From: a virus
Taxonomy: Duplodnaviria; Heunggongvirae; Uroviricota; Caudoviricetes; Crassvirales
Strand: one strand, 5' to 3'
IMG/VR virus record: IMGVR_UViG_3300020045_007777
Location: 1 to 37,740 of that record
Length of the DNA: 37,740 nt
This document shows, piece after piece, positions 37,019-37,740 of the stretch. Each line of letters begins with the position of its first letter. Position 1 is the first letter of the stretch. The position numbers and the translations under genes were made by a program. The notes beneath the pieces were generated by a model. The model made no database searches. It was not told where the DNA came from and saw only the letters and a list, made by a program, of their open reading frames with translations.

Positions 37019-37740
37019 TATTTTTTTCTATTTATATACATATTATTAATATGTGAAATTACATCTTTACTTAAATAACCACCTTTAGATTTTGTATTAG
37101 TATTATTTGTTGATTCTAATTGTTTAGCTTCAGCTTCAGTTTTAGTATCACCAGTTTCAGAATTTACAAAATATTTACCATTCCAATTATAACCTAATCC
37201 CATCATTTTAGGATATTTTTTAAAGACTTGTTCTTTACCTATTTGACCAACACTTGTTGCTAAATCTGCAGTTAATTTAGATTTATTAGATTCATAAGCT
37301 GCTAAATTTCTTGCATTAATATCATTTTCTGTATTACTTTGATTTAAATTAGTCTGATCAACTCCAATATTAAATTGTTGACCAGTAATATTCATATTTC
37401 TATTTGCTTCAGATGCTTTTAAATAAGCATCAGACATAGCTTTAGTTCTATTAATACCTGCACCTAAAATATTATTTCTTAAAGTTCCTGCTGAACCATT
37501 TGTAGCATTAGTTAATGAATTAATAGTATTATCAAATTCATTACCTATAATATTTTGTAATGATTTTTCATCAACATATTCAGGTTTAAATCTAGCATCT
37601 AATCTATCTAATCTTTCATAAGGTGATTTTTTTAATTTAGCTAATTGAATAGCATTTGATAATACTGGAGCATATCTTAAAGCTTCACCATAATTTTCTT
37701 TTATACTTTTACCTATTTTACTTAAATTAGTTTTAGGTAA
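37018..37740 (-). CDS. Putative virion cargo protein, partial (5' end outside the window)
   Basis: The frame is open from the window end (LPKTNLSKIGKSIKENYGEALRYAPVLSNAIQLAKL...) through the ORF-track Met at 37437; Cys-free in the visible part; C-terminal KSKGGYL. Confidence 0.7.
   Translation of the reverse strand, partial: LPKTNLSKIGKSIKENYGEALRYAPVLSNAIQLAKLKKSPYERLDRLDARFKPEYVDEKSLQNIIGNEFDNTINSLTNATNGSAGTLRNNILGAGINRTKAMSDAYLKASEANRNMNITGQQFNIGVDQTNLNQSNTENDINARNLAAYESNKSKLTADLATSVGQIGKEQVFKKYPKMMGLGYNWNGKYFVNSETGDTKTEAEAKQLESTNNTNTKSKGGYLSKDVISHINNMYINRKK

Noticed and set aside
37018-37437. 139-aa ORF starting at 37437 as a complete gene
   Set aside because: The frame is open for 101 more codons to the window end, so it is the 3' part of a longer gene.
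1-37740. Stop-codon reassignment (TAG to Gln or TGA to Trp), known in some crAss-like phages
   Set aside because: Genes up to 2477 codons are uninterrupted under the standard code and coding density is near complete. Stops checked are almost all TAA, with one TAG at 4043-4045, which gives no positive evidence of recoding.
1-37740. tRNA, rRNA or structured ncRNA genes
   Set aside because: Intergenic gaps are all under about 80 nt and contain only simple hairpins; no cloverleaf or T-loop consensus seen.

Overview
Very AT-rich segment of a crAss-like (Crassvirales or closely related) phage, probably infecting Bacteroidota; gene starts have A-rich leaders without Shine-Dalgarno motifs. The standard genetic code reads through cleanly. 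The + strand (1-18064) carries replication and accessory genes: a P-loop ATPase (AAA_24/Sak4-like), a putative SSB, a primase, a six-gene amide-ligase cluster (two gamma-glutamyl cyclotransferases, a phiEco32-like COOH-NH2 ligase, a class II glutamine amidotransferase, an amidoligase and one unknown gene), a catalytically degenerate uracil-DNA glycosylase, a PD-(D/E)XK nuclease, dUTPase, HNH genes and a metallopeptidase-VWA/MoxR module. It converges at a strong hairpin terminator (about 18072-18122) on the - strand virion module, which has three giant proteins (1547, 2477 and 1382 aa; the middle one is the DFDID-motif virion RNA polymerase) plus two upstream putative cargo proteins. The most striking observation is that these three proteins (5406 aa in total) contain only four cysteines, all at the termini that face each other in gene order, suggesting a head-to-tail disulfide- or metal-linked ejection chain. 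The second is the amide-ligase cluster coupled to a dead UDG. The first 121 bp exactly duplicate 1299-1419 and may be an assembly artefact. Family assignments are from motif recognition only; no searches were run.
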